Shown: positions 18,068 through 27,536, numbered from the stretch's first letter. The stretch is DNA of 64,000 nt from Nitrosopumilus sp. (GCA_965207075.1 CBDBLO010000002.1:1248001-1312000); one strand, 5' to 3'. Translations and numbers: made by a program. Notes: generated by a model not told the origin, from the sequence alone.

Positions 18068-19378
18068 CTAGCACCCGCCCCTGAGCGCCCACTCGTCGTC
18101 GCCGAACTCCGACGCCGTGCAGAACCTGCGGTCTATCTCGGCGTATCCCTTGTCCACCAGCATGGCGTTGAGCGGCGACGCGGCCTGCGTTCCGGTCGAG
18201 CCGTATCCGACGCACCACACCAGCGCGACCACCCTGCCGTACGAGCCGTCCCGCTGGCCGTCGTCCACGTCATATACGACGGTCGTACCTGCCGGGCACT
18301 TTGAGCGCGTGAACGCCGTGGCCTCCTCGTATCCGTCCTCCCCGCGCTCCGGCGTGTCTACCAGCGCCAGGCGGATGCGCACGTCGCCGTCCACCACGAT
18401 GGTGTCGCCGTCAATCACCCTGGTCATCGTCCCGGTCTGCGCGGTCGCGTACGGTATGACGTTCTCGCCGCGCGGTTCATCATCGTCATAACCGCCGGAC
18501 TGCGACGCAGCTGCCGCCGTACCCGCCTGAGCGGTCGAACCGGCCGCCCTCGCGGCGGGCGCGCCGTACTTGCAGTCCCTGCCCAGTTCGCGCACGTACC
18601 AGCCGTCCTGGAACACGTAGGGCTTCGTGCAGTCCCCGAACCCGTCGGCGTATCCGTCATTGTTGTTGTCCTCCCATCCGTCGCCGAGCCCGTTTCCGTT
18701 GTAGTCAAACGAGCACGGCTTCGGAGCAAATCCCTCCGAGGCCAGGTGGTTCGGGTCAAACCCCTTGAGCGGACCAAGCCTGGCCCCCGAGTCCTGCGGT
18801 ATCGGCGTCGGTATGCCGAATATCGTGCGGGTCTCCATGCCCATGCCGTCGAGCACCGCCGCGCACGGCGGGTACATCACGTACCGGTGCGTCAATGTCT
18901 CCCTGAATCCGGTGTCGTTCCGCACATAATACACTCCTGCCTCCGGCGTTCCGGCGTTCCCGGGTTCCGCCTCATCAACCTCAATCCACTCTGGTCCGCC
19001 CACCGAGCCCGCGGGCTCCTCCGCGCCCGGCAGCACGTCGGAAACGGCCGACCCGATGTCCTCCGCGACATACCCCAGCTCCTCGGCCGCGCCGCCCAAT
19101 TCGTCCGCCGCGCCTCCAAGCCCGCCGACCACTTCCTCCAGGCCGTCGGCCGCGCCTTCGAGTCCGGCCACCGCGCTGTCAAGCCCCTCGGCCGCGCCGT
19201 CCAGCACGCTTGACGCCCCGTCGACCAGCCCCTGCGGGTCGACCGACGACTGCTGCGGCGCGCCGTACATCCCGGGTACGACCACGTACCACATGGCCCC
19301 CATCACCACGGCGAACACGACCGCCACCAGCACGGTCATGCCCAGCCTGCGTCCAATTCCCATACCTTGGATACGCAT
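18068..19378 (-). CDS. Membrane-anchored thermonuclease (SNase family)
   Basis: C-terminal RVIDGDTI..IRLALVDTPE..DGSYGRVVA..LNAMLVDKGYA; N-terminal TM; start could be 19363. Confidence 0.88.
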   Translation of the reverse strand: MRIQGMGIGRRLGMTVLVAVVFAVVMGAMWYVVVPGMYGAPQQSSVDPQGLVDGASSVLDGAAEGLDSAVAGLEGAADGLEEVVGGLGGAADELGGAAEELGYVAEDIGSAVSDVLPGAEEPAGSVGGPEWIEVDEAEPGNAGTPEAGVYYVRNDTGFRETLTHRYVMYPPCAAVLDGMGMETRTIFGIPTPIPQDSGARLGPLKGFDPNHLASEGFAPKPCSFDYNGNGLGDGWEDNNNDGYADGFGDCTKPYVFQDGWYVRELGRDCKYGAPAARAAGSTAQAGTAAAASQSGGYDDDEPRGENVIPYATAQTGTMTRVIDGDTIVVDGDVRIRLALVDTPERGEDGYEEATAFTRSKCPAGTTVVYDVDDGQRDGSYGRVVALVWCVGYGSTGTQAASPLNAMLVDKGYAEIDRRFCTASEFGDDEWALRGGC

Positions 19379-19498
19379 GCGCCCCTTATTTATTTTTCTG
19401 ATGATTTCTCTATGATTTCTCATATTTTTTCCAAACAATGGTGGTTTAAAACGGCGCGGCGCGTGTGTGAGCATGGTAATTACGGGGGCGGCCTGGTA

Positions 19499-20296
19499 GT
19501 GGAAGCCTCGGAGGTACTGATATTCCGAGATTATACGGGCTGGGAGGAGCCCGCGCTGAGCACGCCGTTCGGCTTTTGGTCGCTGCGCAACATCATAGTA
19601 TTCGGCGTGTTCGGCATGCTGGCGGGGGCGCTTTACTGGGCGATCATACCGGACGACCTGGACATACAGAGGGACTGGGTGTCCGTGTGCATCGCGCTGT
19701 CGCCGCTCGGCATCGGCGTTCTCTTGGGCATGGCAAATCCGCCCGTCGGTACGGCCGACTCGCTGCTGATCGCGCTGGTGGTACTGGCCTGCAGGTCGCT
19801 TGCCGCGGGCGGTGCGGCCGGCGCAAAGCGCGGTGCGGCCGGCGGCAAGTCCGCCCACCGCAGGCGCAAGCGGTCGCAAGTGCTGGGGTTTCCCAGGCAC
19901 CTACCCCCACCGCGCGGGGTGGTGTCCGCCGACGAGCGCCCGATAGAGGTCAAGTGCACCGACCTCGACGAGCCCAAGTCCATACGCCTGACCATACACG
20001 GCGGCGACGGCACGCGCTACGGGGACAGGCTGGTGTCCTGCTATATCGACGACGAGCTGCTGGACGTGCTGCGCACGACACCCGACGGCTCCGCCGTGCT
20101 GAACGTGAGGCCGGGGAGGGAGGGGGCGCGCAGGCTGATAATACGCGAGTATGTTGGCGATGACGAGTACTCGGTCACCGGCGCGGTCACCGGCGACGCG
20201 CCCGCGGGAGCCGTGCTCGTCAACAGGCCGCTCCACTTCATGCGCGTGGGGGGCGGCGGAGTATCTTTGGCGGCGGCGGCAGGGGGCTCTGGATAA
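19499..20296 (+). CDS. PrgI/VirB3-like two-to-three-TM protein with C-terminal soluble domain
   Basis: EEPALSTPFGFWSLRNIIVFGVFG resembles the PrgI pattern (E..I.GLTLRQ.I..G); VirB4 nearby; start uncertain. Confidence 0.55.
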   Translation: MEASEVLIFRDYTGWEEPALSTPFGFWSLRNIIVFGVFGMLAGALYWAIIPDDLDIQRDWVSVCIALSPLGIGVLLGMANPPVGTADSLLIALVVLACRSLAAGGAAGAKRGAAGGKSAHRRRKRSQVLGFPRHLPPPRGVVSADERPIEVKCTDLDEPKSIRLTIHGGDGTRYGDRLVSCYIDDELLDVLRTTPDGSAVLNVRPGREGARRLIIREYVGDDEYSVTGAVTGDAPAGAVLVNRPLHFMRVGGGGVSLAAAAGGSG

Positions 20297-20298
20297 AC

Positions 20299-20592
20299 AT
20301 GGCCGTCCACCGCGTGCGCACGGGTGGCATCGCAGCGGAACTGGAAGTGCAGGACGGCTCAGTCAGGTGCGTCTGCGGCGCGGATGACACTCGCTTTGAC
20401 GTGAGGCTGGACGGCGGCCTGCGGTGGGCAGAGCAGGTGTCGCACGATACGATACGGCTCAACTTTATTGACGCCGCCGGGCTGCTGGTCCAGACGGCCG
20501 TCAGGTCGGACAACTGCCTCAGCGTGATGGACGACATAATGCAGAACGGCACGCCGGCCCCCGCCGCCGGCCGGAAGCGCAGCGGGCGGTAG
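20299..20592 (+). CDS. Hypothetical protein
   Basis: 97-aa ORF 2 nt after the PrgI-like stop. Confidence 0.6.
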   Translation: MAVHRVRTGGIAAELEVQDGSVRCVCGADDTRFDVRLDGGLRWAEQVSHDTIRLNFIDAAGLLVQTAVRSDNCLSVMDDIMQNGTPAPAAGRKRSGR

Positions 20593-20617
20593 GCCCGGCT
20601 GCATCCTGCCCCCTCTG

Positions 20618-21025
20618 TTATCCGCCGCGAAACTTGAACGCTTTGTCGTTGTGCGTTATGATCGCCACCACGCTGCCCGGCGCCCCCGTTTCCACGCGCA
20701 CCACCTCGCCCATCGGCAGCACGGCGGTCGTCGTGCCGTCCTTCATCAGCTGCAGCCTGTAATGGTGGGATAGTTGCCCGTCCACCAGCACGTCCCTGAC
20801 ACGCACGTCCGCAGTCCCCGTGTTTATCACGTCGACCTCAAGGGGGGACGTACCCGCGAAGCCGACCAGCGCCACGCGCTCGCCCATCTGCCGCATGCGC
20901 TTTTCCGCGTCGGCCTCCTGCGCCTTGTGCCTCTCGCCTATGTCGTCAAGTCCCGCCTGGTAGAACACCAGGAGGAACACGCCGAGCACCCCGAACATCA
21001 GCACGTACCTCGCTATCTGGTTCAT
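20618..21025 (-). CDS. Pilin/ArlF-G-like protein
   Basis: N-terminal TM, helix, ERVALV..VINTG..VLVDG; paralog of 21490-21912. Confidence 0.7.
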   Translation of the reverse strand: MNQIARYVLMFGVLGVFLLVFYQAGLDDIGERHKAQEADAEKRMRQMGERVALVGFAGTSPLEVDVINTGTADVRVRDVLVDGQLSHHYRLQLMKDGTTTAVLPMGEVVRVETGAPGSVVAIITHNDKAFKFRGG

Positions 21026-21484
21026 TCAGCCGACCACCCCCAGGCTCCACCTGTTCTCGCATATCGACGTGGACCCGTCTGTGTACGTAACCATCCCCGT
21101 TGCGAGTTCGGGACGCATGTGCGTGGCCGAAAAGCCGGCGTAGGCGGAGTCACCCGGCGTTATCATCGCCGTGGTACTCAGCTGCGTGACGGATCCCGTA
21201 ATGATTGCAAGATCGGTGATTGTGTGCGTCCCGGTGTTGGTTACGTGCAGCCGGAGGTAGTTCAGCCCCCCGCCCACGTCCTCAAACAGCGTGATGTCCA
21301 TCGTGCAGTGCCTGGCGTACTCGCCGGTGCGCCAGCCCCCCTCCTCGAATATGCCGAGCCATGTGCCGATGACCCCCACCCCCACGACCGCGATACTCGT
21401 CAGTATGAGCACCTCTATGATGCCGGAGGCGGCCGCGCGGCGGACGGGGGCTGGCCGCGCGCCCCGGCTTGGAATGGGGGGCAC
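21026..21484 (-). CDS. Archaeal type IV pilin (class III signal peptide)
   Basis: RRAAA-SGIIEVLILTSIAVVGVGVI then VTNTG; paralog of 21917-22375. Confidence 0.75.
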   Translation of the reverse strand: MPPIPSRGARPAPVRRAAASGIIEVLILTSIAVVGVGVIGTWLGIFEEGGWRTGEYARHCTMDITLFEDVGGGLNYLRLHVTNTGTHTITDLAIITGSVTQLSTTAMITPGDSAYAGFSATHMRPELATGMVTYTDGSTSICENRWSLGVVG

Positions 21485-21489
21485 GGCGC

Positions 21490-21912
21490 CTAATCATCCT
21501 CCTCTCCGAACATGAACGTCCGGTCGTTCTCCGTCACTATGAACAGCGGCGTCGTTCCGTTTGACACGCTTATGCGCGCTATCGCCCCCTCCGGCACCAA
21601 GCCGGCCGTCGAAAAGTTGCCGCTGGTGTTCATCACGTGCGTCGTCCAGCTGGACGGGGCCGAGCCGTTTGCAAACACGTGGTTGATGCTCAGGGGCGCG
21701 CCCCCGGTGTTTATGACATCGACCGCGGCGGGCGACTGAGACACCACCTCCACAACCATGATGCGCTCTAGCACCTGCCGCTCGTATTTTGCCAGCCTGT
21801 CAAGCTGCGACTCCGACCGGTCGGACAGCTCGCCGAGCCCCGCTGTATAAAACACCACGGCGAATATGCCAACTACCCCGAAGATCAGTATCCACTGCAC
21901 GAGCTGGTTCAA
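21490..21912 (-). CDS. Pilin/ArlF-G-like protein
   Basis: MNQLVQWILIFGVVG TM, ERIMVV, VINTG. Confidence 0.7.
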   Translation of the reverse strand: MNQLVQWILIFGVVGIFAVVFYTAGLGELSDRSESQLDRLAKYERQVLERIMVVEVVSQSPAAVDVINTGGAPLSINHVFANGSAPSSWTTHVMNTSGNFSTAGLVPEGAIARISVSNGTTPLFIVTENDRTFMFGEEDD

Positions 21913-21916
21913 GCAG

Positions 21917-22375
21917 TCACCCTCCCGCCACCAGCACGCTCACCCTGTCGCACGTTATGGTGGAGCCGTCGGACAGTGTGGCGACGGCCTCGGCGTACCC
22001 CGAGCTGATGGCCGCCGACGAGTTGGCCGACGTTACGCCCACGTGCTCGGACTTTCCGCCCGGCTCGATGGCTGTCGCGCCGCCGAACGTGTACGTGTCA
22101 CCGACGCGGGCCGTGAACCCGGTCAGCGTCTCGCCGCCCGTGTTCGATATGGTCACCTCGACGAAGCTCTTTCCGCCCCCTATGTCGTCCCTGCCGTCCA
22201 CGTGCAGCGTGCAGTGGGCGCTCTCCCAGGCGTCGCCCCCGCCGTACCCGCCGAACCACGCGGCCAGCGCGCCGACTCCCACGACGGAGATAGCGATCAG
22301 TATGAGCGCCTCGATCATGCCGGACACGGCGGGCCTGCCGGCGGGCGCACCGTCCTTGTTTCGGCCGGACGTCAT
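21917..22375 (-). CDS. Archaeal type IV pilin (class III signal peptide)
   Basis: GRPA-VSGMIEALILIAISVVGVGAL then ISNTG; ATGA overlap with VirB4 stop. Confidence 0.75.
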   Translation of the reverse strand: MTSGRNKDGAPAGRPAVSGMIEALILIAISVVGVGALAAWFGGYGGGDAWESAHCTLHVDGRDDIGGGKSFVEVTISNTGGETLTGFTARVGDTYTFGGATAIEPGGKSEHVGVTSANSSAAISSGYAEAVATLSDGSTITCDRVSVLVAGG

Positions 22376-24486
22376 GCCGCCGTCCCTTTCTCTGCCGCCG
22401 TAGCCGCCTCCGTCCCTGCAGCCTCCGCGGGCGCGTCCGCGCCGTCCGCGTCCGCGCCAGAGGCCGTACCCCTGTTTCCGCCCTCTTCAACGCCGGCGTT
22501 CTCCGCCGGCGCCGCTCCGTCGTCCTTCACGGCGCTTGTGTTAAAGTAATTCGAGGTCTCCTCCGCCGTCGCCTCGAACTTCAAATATATCGCGTTGTCG
22601 CTGGTCTGCATCATGCCGTATCCCGGACGGAAGTTGACTATGCGCTCCACCTCGCGGTCGGTCAGGTCGAGCGCCGCGCCCGCCAGCCTGGCGGCCGACT
22701 GCGGCATCTGCATGATTATCTTTGTGTCGAACAGCTCGGTAAGCTTGGACGCGTCCGCCAGCGCGCGGTCCATGTCGGAAAACTGCTGCGTGCTTATGGC
22801 CAGTATGAGCGACCGCTTCCTGCCCTCCCTGGACATCTCGCCTATCTTCTGCGTGCTCTGCTGCATCTTGGTCACGCGCCACGCCTCGTCGAGAAGTATG
22901 ATCTTCCACAGCCGGTCGGGCAGTTCGTTCACCCGCCGCCACGCGTACGCCAGCACGAGCATGATGAGCAGCCCCTCGTATTCCTGGTTCTCCGTCTTCT
23001 TCAGGGATATGATCATGTGGTCGGAGAACCGGGGCTCCCCCTTGAACACCTCGGCCACGCTGCCCTGCACGAGGTCGGCCAGGTACCCCTTTGCGGCGGA
23101 CGAGCTCTTCTCGTGCAGGTCCGCTATGGATTTTACGGAGTCGCATATGCTCCTCCACTCCTTCCGCACCGTGTCGGGCGCGCCGGTCGCCGAGCCCAGC
23201 AGGTCTGCCGCCTCCACGGGCTTGTCGAACAGGGCGAACGGGTCCAGGCCGAACTGCTTGCCGGCCTCCACCTCGATGGTGTCCAGTCCGAAGTATTCGG
23301 CATGCGGCAGGTACTCGCCCTGCGGGTCGATGACCGTGCACGGGGTGCGCGGACGGTTCTCCAGGAAGCGCTTGAGGAAGATCTTGTTCGTGAACGACTT
23401 GCCGGAGCCGGGCTGCCCGCACGTGAATATGTTGTGGTTCTTGCGCAGGTTCACGTCGTATATGACGGGGCCGTTGGTGTCTTGGTTGCGGCCGAGGAGT
23501 ATGCCGTTTGGCGCCTCCAGCATGTCCGCGCTTGCAAACGGGTAGAGCACGTGCATGCTGTCTATGGAGCCGAGCCACGACGCGCCCTCGCCCCCCTCGA
23601 CCATCCGGCGCTGCATGCCGTACGACGACGTTATGCGCACGTTCATCGCGGCCACGTTCCGCCTCACCTCCTTGTTGATCTTCAGCAGTTCCTTGCGCGT
23701 CCTTGCAAAGACAAAGCCGTTCACGATGAACGTGAACGCCGACGTGTTGCCAAGCTCGAGGTTCTTCTTCAGTGTGCGTATGTCGGCCAGCTTCTTCTGG
23801 ATGTCTGCCTTTGTTGTCTTCACGCCGCTGTACAGCAGTTCGCGGTTCTCCATCTTGCGCATGGCGTTGTCCGGACGGATGGGCGTCACGTGCACCTGCA
23901 GGCGGTGGAACGTGCGGAACACGCTGTGCACCCAGGCGGGCGTCAGGTACGTGGGCGCGCCGTATATCGTGTACGCCCTGCCGTACAGTTCCTGTCCGTC
24001 CACCACGCACTTGAAGTCGCGTATGCCCTGGGACAGCACCTTCAAGGCCGGGCGGGGGGCCTCGTCGATGGTATAGTTGAAGCCGAGCCGCTCAAGCGTG
24101 TCGTCAAGCGACTCCGACGAGTCGAGCTGCACGCGGACGATCTCCATGTTGCTCTCCGTCGCGCCGTCCCCGCCACCGGATTCCTTGCCGTCGGAATCCT
24201 TGCCGTCCTTGGAACCGTCATCCTTCACGCCGCCGCCACCGCCGCGCCCGCCCATCCGCACGGTAACCGGCACCTTTTCAAGCGTTATGGTCGCGGCGCC
24301 TTGTAGCATGCGCAGCAGGTCGAAAAAGTCGGCCAGCTTGCGTTTCTGCTTCTCCTCCGGCAGTATGAGAAAGTTGCTCGGCGTGATCGTGTAGGCGTGC
24401 CCGTATTCGGGCGGCGGGACCTCGCCGCATACGTACCTGAGTACCTTGTCCAGCATGCCGCCCTTCTTCTTCTTCCCAGTAGCCAC
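22372..24486 (-). CDS. virB4: VirB4/TraE-like conjugation ATPase
   Basis: PSNFLILPEEKQ N-terminus, NHNIFTCGQPGSGKS, VIDPQGEY, IILLDEAW, SREGRKRSL..STQ. Confidence 0.85.
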   Translation of the reverse strand: MATGKKKKGGMLDKVLRYVCGEVPPPEYGHAYTITPSNFLILPEEKQKRKLADFFDLLRMLQGAATITLEKVPVTVRMGGRGGGGGVKDDGSKDGKDSDGKESGGGDGATESNMEIVRVQLDSSESLDDTLERLGFNYTIDEAPRPALKVLSQGIRDFKCVVDGQELYGRAYTIYGAPTYLTPAWVHSVFRTFHRLQVHVTPIRPDNAMRKMENRELLYSGVKTTKADIQKKLADIRTLKKNLELGNTSAFTFIVNGFVFARTRKELLKINKEVRRNVAAMNVRITSSYGMQRRMVEGGEGASWLGSIDSMHVLYPFASADMLEAPNGILLGRNQDTNGPVIYDVNLRKNHNIFTCGQPGSGKSFTNKIFLKRFLENRPRTPCTVIDPQGEYLPHAEYFGLDTIEVEAGKQFGLDPFALFDKPVEAADLLGSATGAPDTVRKEWRSICDSVKSIADLHEKSSSAAKGYLADLVQGSVAEVFKGEPRFSDHMIISLKKTENQEYEGLLIMLVLAYAWRRVNELPDRLWKIILLDEAWRVTKMQQSTQKIGEMSREGRKRSLILAISTQQFSDMDRALADASKLTELFDTKIIMQMPQSAARLAGAALDLTDREVERIVNFRPGYGMMQTSDNAIYLKFEATAEETSNYFNTSAVKDDGAAPAENAGVEEGGNRGTASGADADGADAPAEAAGTEAATAAEKGTAA

Positions 24487-24552
24487 AAAAGCAGGATTCG
24501 CGGCGGTTTTTAAGGCGGCCGCGGCTTAAATCAGACCCGCCGCCCGCATGTC

Positions 24553-24990
24553 ATGAGCCCGTGGTATCACCCCCGATTCTACCACGTGTGGCTGCCGGGC
24601 GACAGGGCCAAGGAAATCCTCGACGAGCTGGCCGACAGGAGGGCCGACAAGGGGCGCCGCAAGGTCGTATACCTGGAGACTCGGGGCAGCAAGCTGGCCG
24701 CCGTGATCGAGTGCGACATGGGTTATACGCCGCGCGCCTGGCGGCGGCTGCGCAAAGGCTTCTGCCTGGGGTACCTGTGCCGCCCCGCCTCCGAGCGCCG
24801 CGACGTCATGCGGTACGCCTGCCTGCTTGCAGAGGAGGGGCGCATGCCGTGGGAGGTCGCCGGTCCCGCCCGGCTGATGCCCGAACTGAGGCGGGAGCGC
24901 GCCGCGGTAATGCACGAGCGCGCGGAGCACCTGCGCACCGCGCGGGACGACGGATGGGACATAGACGTGCCGGAGGCCGTTCTGCCATGA
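24553..24990 (+). CDS. Hypothetical protein
   Basis: 145-aa ORF after TTAAAT box; ATGA overlap with next gene. Confidence 0.65.
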   Translation: MSPWYHPRFYHVWLPGDRAKEILDELADRRADKGRRKVVYLETRGSKLAAVIECDMGYTPRAWRRLRKGFCLGYLCRPASERRDVMRYACLLAEEGRMPWEVAGPARLMPELRRERAAVMHERAEHLRTARDDGWDIDVPEAVLP

Positions 24991-25379
24991 CGCCCTCGTG
25001 CGAAGAGTACGCCCCCCGGTGGGCCGGACTGCTGCAGTCCGCAGTCAACATCCGCGACGATCTGGGCGTGATGCCGACCGTCCGCCACCTGTGGCTCGCA
25101 GGACTGGCCTCGGACTGGCTGACGTCGCCGGTAACGGAGATACTGGGCCGCCAGCTGTGGCCCGCCCGCGTGCGCGGCAGGGACGTCCCGGCATACCTGT
25201 CGTTTGACTGGTGGTCCATGGGGAAGAGGTTCGCCGACACCGTGCGGGAGAAGCGGTACATCGGCGCGGCCGGGGTGCTCGACAGGTTTGCCGAAGGGCT
25301 GAACGACGGCGTGGTGGCGGCGGAGCGCGGAGAGATCGTGAAGGCCTTGGCAGACGGCGGCAGGACGGCCGTCAGTTAG
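24987..25379 (+). CDS. Hypothetical protein
   Basis: ATGA-coupled ORF MTPSCEEYAP... Confidence 0.65.
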   Translation: MTPSCEEYAPRWAGLLQSAVNIRDDLGVMPTVRHLWLAGLASDWLTSPVTEILGRQLWPARVRGRDVPAYLSFDWWSMGKRFADTVREKRYIGAAGVLDRFAEGLNDGVVAAERGEIVKALADGGRTAVS

Positions 25380-25414
25380 TACCGGCGCCTGCCGGACTGC
25401 CCGGGCGGCTTGCT

Positions 25415-25506
25415 GGTAGGTAGATTAATCGGTAATGTAGACTAATAGGTAGACTGCCGCAAAGCCGGCAATAGGTAAAGTCAGCAGATAGGTAAATTGA
25501 TAGGTT
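25415..25506. repeat. TAGGTA motif array between convergent genes
   Basis: TAGGTA at 25417, 25446, 25472, 25489 and TAGGTT at 25501. Confidence 0.7.
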
Positions 25507-25858
25507 AGGCGCCGTCCTCGCCGACATACCATCCGGCGAGCGGCTGCCGCATGGCGTGCTCCCAGTCCGCAAGCGGCACGACCCAGCCCGGCACGGTGCT
25601 CCGGCCGTCATCCAGCCGTTCGTCGTACACGTCGGCAGCACGAGCCCCCGGCGACTTTCTGCAGAGTCCCGTGATCGTCTTGTTGACCGCGTCGCGCACG
25701 TCCGCCGGCAGCCCCGCCCGCATGTATGACGAATATGTCCGCGGGACCTCAACGTACGTGGTCCCGCGCAGAGTGGCGCAGCGGAAGTTCGGAGCCACGT
25801 CGGAGAGGCGCATCTGGCGGCGGCCCGGTTTGTATTGCGGCGTCGGTTCCTTTGGCAT
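25505..25858 (-). CDS. Hypothetical protein
   Basis: 117-aa ORF with TTATTA box upstream. Confidence 0.6.
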   Translation of the reverse strand: MPKEPTPQYKPGRRQMRLSDVAPNFRCATLRGTTYVEVPRTYSSYMRAGLPADVRDAVNKTITGLCRKSPGARAADVYDERLDDGRSTVPGWVVPLADWEHAMRQPLAGWYVGEDGA

Positions 25859-25986
25859 GCCCAACCGGCGCGTCAGTCTAATAAGTACGGATCCCGTTTG
25901 GCCGTGGCCGGGAAACCTGCCGGCCGGCCGTCAGGCCCTTGTGTCATGCGCGCGCCTGTCGGCCACCTTGTGCGTCGGCGCCCGCG

Positions 25987-26139
25987 TTATTTTTTGCCTC
26001 CGAAAAGGTGCGCGCGCAGTATGTAGTTCGCCTCGCCCGAGTTCGACCTGCCATGTTCATCTGCCCGCCTGTCGAGCTCCTCGAAGACGTCATCTTCCAG
26101 CGAGAAACTGTGGACATTCTTGGTCTTGCCCTTTGCCAT
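25987..26139 (-). CDS. Ribbon-helix-helix (Arc/CopG-like) regulator, 50 aa, not in ORF track
   Basis: MAKGKTKNVHSFSLEDDVFEELDRRADEHGRSNSGEANYILRAHLFGGKK; AT-rich promoter 26160-26185. Confidence 0.8.
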   Translation of the reverse strand: MAKGKTKNVHSFSLEDDVFEELDRRADEHGRSNSGEANYILRAHLFGGKK

Positions 26140-26237
26140 GCACCACGTACGGACTGGTACTATTTATTTCTAATAATTCCTAATAGCTATCCCGTTCCTG
26201 CCGCGCGGCGGACTGGCCGGAGTTAAAAGATTCCCGC

Positions 26238-27536
26238 ATGGTTTACAGCATGACCGCGCTGCAGACCATATACACGGGCGATGTCATGGAACAGATCGCC
26301 CGCATCCCCGACTGTTCCGTGGACGTGGTCTTCACGTCGCCTCCGTACTTTGCGCTGCGCGACTACGACACGAAGGAGCAATGGGGGCTTGAACCGACCA
26401 TCCGCGAGTACCTGGACAAGCTGATGTCCCTGATGCGCGAGTGCCGCCGCGTGCTCAAGCCGGCGGGTAACATCTGGGTCAACCTGGGGGACACGTACGC
26501 GACGAGCGCCAAGTACGGGGTGCGGCGCAAGTCCCTCATGGGCATACCGGAGCGGTTTTTTGTCCGCGCGATAGACGACGGTTTTGCCTGCCGGAACAAG
26601 GACGTCTGGCAGAAGGCCAACCCCACCCCGTCGTCGGCCTGGGACCGCCTCACCAACACCTACGAGCCGGTGTTCTTCTTCTCCATATCGGACGCGTATT
26701 TCTTCGACCTGACGCCGGTCCGCGTCGAGGCCAAGACCGAGGCCCGCCCGTTCAACATCCGGGTGAGGGAGGCGCGAAAGCCGGGGGCGAGGCAGGCCAA
26801 ACTGATCCCGGAGCTGTCCCCGGAGGAGGACGCGCAGTACGACCGGCAGGGCGTGCGCAGGAGCGGAAGGCGCGCAAACAACCCCGCCCTCAACAACCGC
26901 AACTTCAAGGAGATCAAGGAGAAGTACGGCTACCTGCCCGGGTCCAACACCGCCAGGCTGCACCGCGCCAGGCCGGGCAACCCCAACCACGTGTGCAAGA
27001 GTTCCGGCTGTCTGCGCAACACCGGCAGCGTCAGAAAGCACGATGGCGTGCTGGGCGGGTACCTCGCCGACCCCATCCCCATGGCCGGCGGGCGCCCCCG
27101 CGGAAAGAATCCCGGCGACATCGTGTCGCTGCCGCACCAGCCCCTCAAGTACGATCACTTTGCAGCGTTCCCCGTGGGGCTCCCGCTCCACTTCCTGCCG
27201 GCCGCGTGCCCGCGCTGGGTCTGCAGGGAGTGCGGGCGGCCGAGGATGCCGCGCGACGGGCTGGACACGCATTCCGGGGGGCGCACCGTGTACAGGTGCA
27301 CCGTGTACACGCCGCTGTGCAAGTGCGGCGCCGGCTGGGAGCCCGGCATCGTACTGGACCCGTTTGCCGGCGCGGGCACCACCATGGTGGCGGCCAAGCG
27401 GCTGGGCTTCCGCTACTGCGGCATCGAGATCAACCCAAAGTACGTCCGCACAATCAGGCGCCGGCTGGCCGAGACCGAGGAGCCGCCGCCCATACCGCCG
27501 CCGGCGCCGTCGCGCGACGCCGAAGGGGAGCGGTAG
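26238..27536 (+). CDS. Orphan beta-class amino-DNA methyltransferase (N4-C likely, N6-A possible)
   Basis: Motif IV TSPPY at N-terminus, HFAAFP, motif I VLDPFAGAGTT at C-terminus. Confidence 0.92.
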   Translation: MVYSMTALQTIYTGDVMEQIARIPDCSVDVVFTSPPYFALRDYDTKEQWGLEPTIREYLDKLMSLMRECRRVLKPAGNIWVNLGDTYATSAKYGVRRKSLMGIPERFFVRAIDDGFACRNKDVWQKANPTPSSAWDRLTNTYEPVFFFSISDAYFFDLTPVRVEAKTEARPFNIRVREARKPGARQAKLIPELSPEEDAQYDRQGVRRSGRRANNPALNNRNFKEIKEKYGYLPGSNTARLHRARPGNPNHVCKSSGCLRNTGSVRKHDGVLGGYLADPIPMAGGRPRGKNPGDIVSLPHQPLKYDHFAAFPVGLPLHFLPAACPRWVCRECGRPRMPRDGLDTHSGGRTVYRCTVYTPLCKCGAGWEPGIVLDPFAGAGTTMVAAKRLGFRYCGIEINPKYVRTIRRRLAETEEPPPIPPPAPSRDAEGER

